DNA of 32,000 nt. Source: Candidatus Heimdallarchaeota archaeon B3_Heim (lineage in GTDB: Archaea; Asgardarchaeota; Heimdallarchaeia; Hodarchaeales; Hodarchaeaceae). Both the position numbers and the translations under genes were made by a program. The stretch lies in assembly GCA_003144275.1 (NCBI GenBank), contig NJBF01000005.1, positions 1-32,000 on the forward strand, given 5' to 3'. The notes below the pieces were generated by a model. That model made no database searches and was not told where the DNA came from. It worked only from the letters and a program-made list of their open reading frames with translations. Positions 29,378-32,000 of the stretch are shown in pieces. Numbering within the stretch: position 1 is the first letter of the stretch; the number at the start of each line of letters is the position of its first letter.

Positions 29378-30186
29378 TCTATCCGATTTTTAAACGTGGG
29401 GTTGTCATTGAATAATTACGAGTAATATCTGGACTATTATTTTTCATAAATGAGTAATATAATCCTGATAGCATATCTTTGTCTGGTGACCCACTGTTGA
29501 GGTTCAACCAGAACGCCGAGGAAGCGACTATTATCAGTCTATTTAAATTATACAGGAAAAATAGAATTTTTCAGAATATCGTTTAGCAAATGAATTTCAC
29601 TATTATACGTTATTTTAATCTTTCTGTACGGATATGTAGTCGTTTTAATTAATAAAATAAGATGGTATGTTTATTACACATCATTTTCTTTGCACCCATT
29701 AATTTAAGTTCTATTCGGGTTACAGATATTTTATTAGTTTTAAGTAGACCAATAGATTTGCTAATCATTGGAGTAAATAATGGGCTTTTCTCCAATATAA
29801 AAAGGGAGAGATTTCACCAAGATTATTCAGTTAACGCTCTACACCTATTGGGGGGAATGCACTTTCTTAATATCTATTTTTCTTTTTAGTATGGAGAGGA
29901 AAACGTGGATTATCATATTAATGCAGTCAATCAGCCTCGATACCTTCAAATTTCAAATTAAATGGATAATTCACTTCCCATGGATAATATAGAACCTATT
30001 TGTGGAATTTATCTCTTGAATGTAGGGTCTCTGAATATAGGATTTAAATGATTGATAGCTAGGGGGAGTACTACGTAATCTAATACGCTGAATACTGAGC
30101 GAGAGTTACACCTTCATTTAATTAAACGTTTATCGAATATCCGTGGTTAACGCATAACTTCCTCCTCCATTTGGAACATAGTTTGA

Positions 30187-30437
30187 AATATCGGAAAAAC
30201 TTCTGAGAGTATAGATAGATCTGCATTAATTTCCTTTTCAGTCTAAACATTGGAGAAGCTCTTTTAGTCGGAGAAGCGATTAATTTTCCAACATTTTTCC
30301 AAATTCGGAACCAAAAACTTTCCATTGATGATATCAACCCTAATTTTGCAACCATGGCTGAGAAATATGCCAAGACTTGGATATCGAAAACGAATAGAAT
30401 AACTAGGCTATACGTTCTTAATTTCTTTTTATTATAG
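30187..30437 (+). pseudogene. Frameshifted relic of a HerA/DUF87-like ATPase C-terminus
   Basis: NIGKTSESIDRSAL (30187-) and, after one frameshift near 30235, SLNIGEALLVGEAINFPTFFQIR, which matches the HerA C-terminal LxxGEALxxGEA..P..xIR motif. Confidence 0.55.
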
Positions 30438-30536
30438 ATATTTTAGTGATTATTGGGGTAAAACATCTTATTTAAATATGTCCATGTAAAAAGCTTTGAA
30501 CAGTCAAAATAATCAACAGTTTTTGAGATATGATTT

Positions 30537-30665
30537 ATGGCTCTCATCAATTGGTTTTACGCAACGTTTATTGCAAGTTTTTTAGCTTTCGCTTCGGTAG
30601 GACTCATCATACTATATTTACTTTTTTATCATGATGATGAGTTTGAAGAGGATGATTTAGGTTAA
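30537..30665 (+). CDS. Single-pass membrane microprotein with an acidic tail (42 aa)
   Basis: MALINWFYATFIASFLAFASVGLIILYLLFYHDDEFEEDDLG. Confidence 0.55.
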   Translation: MALINWFYATFIASFLAFASVGLIILYLLFYHDDEFEEDDLG

Positions 30666-30727
30666 TAAAAACTAGCCGTTATGATCTTTCTGATTCAATT
30701 TTTCTGTTTGTACAGCACTTGAGCTAT

Positions 30728-31408
30728 TTAATTTTTAAGTGGTTTTACTAGGTTCACGAGAAATTCATACGGATCTTTTAATGAGACAGAAGAAATATCC
30801 AAGACGAAACCATCTACTTGCAGTTCTAATGCTCTTTCAATATCCACCTTTTCATGAACTTCAAAACTAGAAAATACAGAAACTTTGGAGTTTTCGATGC
30901 GTATGCGTTTGACGTGATTTTCTATCATTTCAGGAGGAATTTTAGAAAGAGGGGTCCCCGTGGGGGACATGTCAGGTAAACTGATTACAATGGCGTTGGG
31001 ATCAAACTTTGATAAGGCAGCACTAATAGCAACATTTTGAGAGTAAACAAGAGTATAGAGCCGATTAGTCCTCGAATCCCTTACATTTTTTTCCAGATCT
31101 CGCATAGGTATCGAATCATCGTTAAAGATCAGTCCTTTAATATCGAGCGATTTAAGAAATGCAATTGAGTTTTGAAAATAACTCTGTTGATTCCCTGAAT
31201 GATAATGAAATTGTGAAAAGAAAGGAATATCAAAATCGTTTTGAAATTTCGCCAAAAAAGGGAAAGGAGGACACATTCCAATTATAACCCCAAATTCCCC
31301 TGAAATTTTCTCTACAATTTTTGCTAGCTGATTCCCCTGTTCCTCAAATATCCCTTGGTAATTGGTAAAATCCAAAATAAAACTAGGCTTGTCTTCCTGT
31401 GTCATCAT
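30728..31408 (-). CDS. Triosephosphate isomerase-like protein lacking catalytic residues (226 aa from MMTQED)
   Basis: Colinear with archaeal TIM (PFFSQ, AISAALSKFDPNAI, TGTPLSK, ALELQVDG, KDP), but the catalytic motifs are replaced. Confidence 0.8.
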   Translation of the reverse strand: MMTQEDKPSFILDFTNYQGIFEEQGNQLAKIVEKISGEFGVIIGMCPPFPFLAKFQNDFDIPFFSQFHYHSGNQQSYFQNSIAFLKSLDIKGLIFNDDSIPMRDLEKNVRDSRTNRLYTLVYSQNVAISAALSKFDPNAIVISLPDMSPTGTPLSKIPPEMIENHVKRIRIENSKVSVFSSFEVHEKVDIERALELQVDGFVLDISSVSLKDPYEFLVNLVKPLKN

Positions 31409-31771
31409 TCCAAGAGCTCCGAATGTCGTTGGATTTATAATTTCATATATTCTTATCATCGGAAAAATTCTGAGTAGTTGTTTTAAATTTTTTTGATCAT
31501 GCACAATCTTATAATTGATGACCATTGTAATCCTTATTTCTGATAAATGAAACTGAAACAACACGACAGTTTAAGTCAAATACAATGAATTTTTCATTGA
31601 ATTAAATATAAACAGGAGTCTTTTGGCTGGTGAATTATTGAATTAAAGATACACTACCCTCTAAAAATATATAGGAGTCATATCTTTGGCCTTACGTAAC
31701 TCTTAAAGATTACGCATATTCTCGTCCAAATATACTGCTTTATAGCTATAAAGACAAGGAGCTAATGTTGT

Positions 31772-32000
31772 TTGAGTCGTCGAGGTCGGACACCTAGAAG
31801 AACGGTAGACAAATGGTCTGCTAAAGAATTATATCAGATTTATAGTCCCCCAGGCTTTCTTGAAGGGGATGAAAAAATTGTTGGTGAAACTATTGCAGAT
31901 GATCCAGAAAAGATAATTGGTCGTGTTATTGAAGTTTCTCTTGCTGATATAATCAATGATTATTCAAAAATGCATATAAAATTAAATTTTCAAATTACTG
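31772..32000 (+). CDS. rps3ae: Ribosomal protein eS1 (S3Ae), 5' part, TTG start; truncated by the window end
   Basis: DKWSAKELYQIYSP...VGETIADDPEKIIGRVIEVSLADI.NDYSKMHIKLNFQI, with AAGGAG upstream. Confidence 0.93.
   Translation, partial: MSRRGRTPRRTVDKWSAKELYQIYSPPGFLEGDEKIVGETIADDPEKIIGRVIEVSLADIINDYSKMHIKLNFQIT

Noticed and set aside
29662-29889. 75-aa hydrophobic ORF
   Set aside because: It lies in very AT-rich sequence, and no motif, SD or family was recognised.
30122-30373. 83-aa minus-strand ORF
   Set aside because: It is antisense to the HerA-like relic, which explains the region better.
30631-30693. Possible C/D box sRNA (ATGATGA ... CTGA, ~60 nt)
   Set aside because: There are no properly spaced D'/C' boxes or guides, and ATGATGA is explained by the His-Asp-Asp-Glu codons of the microprotein.
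31409-31564. 52-residue N-terminal extension of the TIM-like ORF
   Set aside because: Homology starts at KPSF, and the ATGs at 31408/31405 give the normal archaeal TIM length.

Overview
AT-rich archaeal chromosome segment. The rRNA and ribosomal proteins are archaeal. The accessory genes (DENN-like protein, TPR proteins, zinc-ribbon membrane protein, anchored beta-propellers) suggest an Asgard archaeon, probably Heimdallarchaeia/Hodarchaeales; this is an inference with no database search. Layout: (1) 1-3.1 kb, a linked 16S-ITS-23S rRNA operon on the minus strand with no tRNA-Ala in the spacer. (2) 4-11 kb, four membrane-anchored surface proteins plus a coupled HTH regulator. (3) 11.8-19.6 kb, an accessory block with an L30e/L7Ae-fold protein, a DENN-like protein, a 7TM protein, an orphan PGF anchor mini-ORF, a lipoprotein, a TPR protein, a zinc-ribbon membrane protein and a TPR-HEPN protein. 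(4) 19.6-29.4 kb, taw2 and a permuted ribosomal protein cluster with an inverted uS19 and a tRNA-Val(GAC) carrying a D-loop intron. (5) 29.4-32 kb, a HerA-like gene relic, an acidic-tailed microprotein, a TIM homologue lacking its catalytic residues, and the start of eS1. Strongest leads are the DENN+7TM pair, the D-loop intron, the pseudo-TIM, the TPR-HEPN protein, and a 52-bp identical anchor cassette shared by two unrelated surface proteins. All family calls come from motif recognition by eye.
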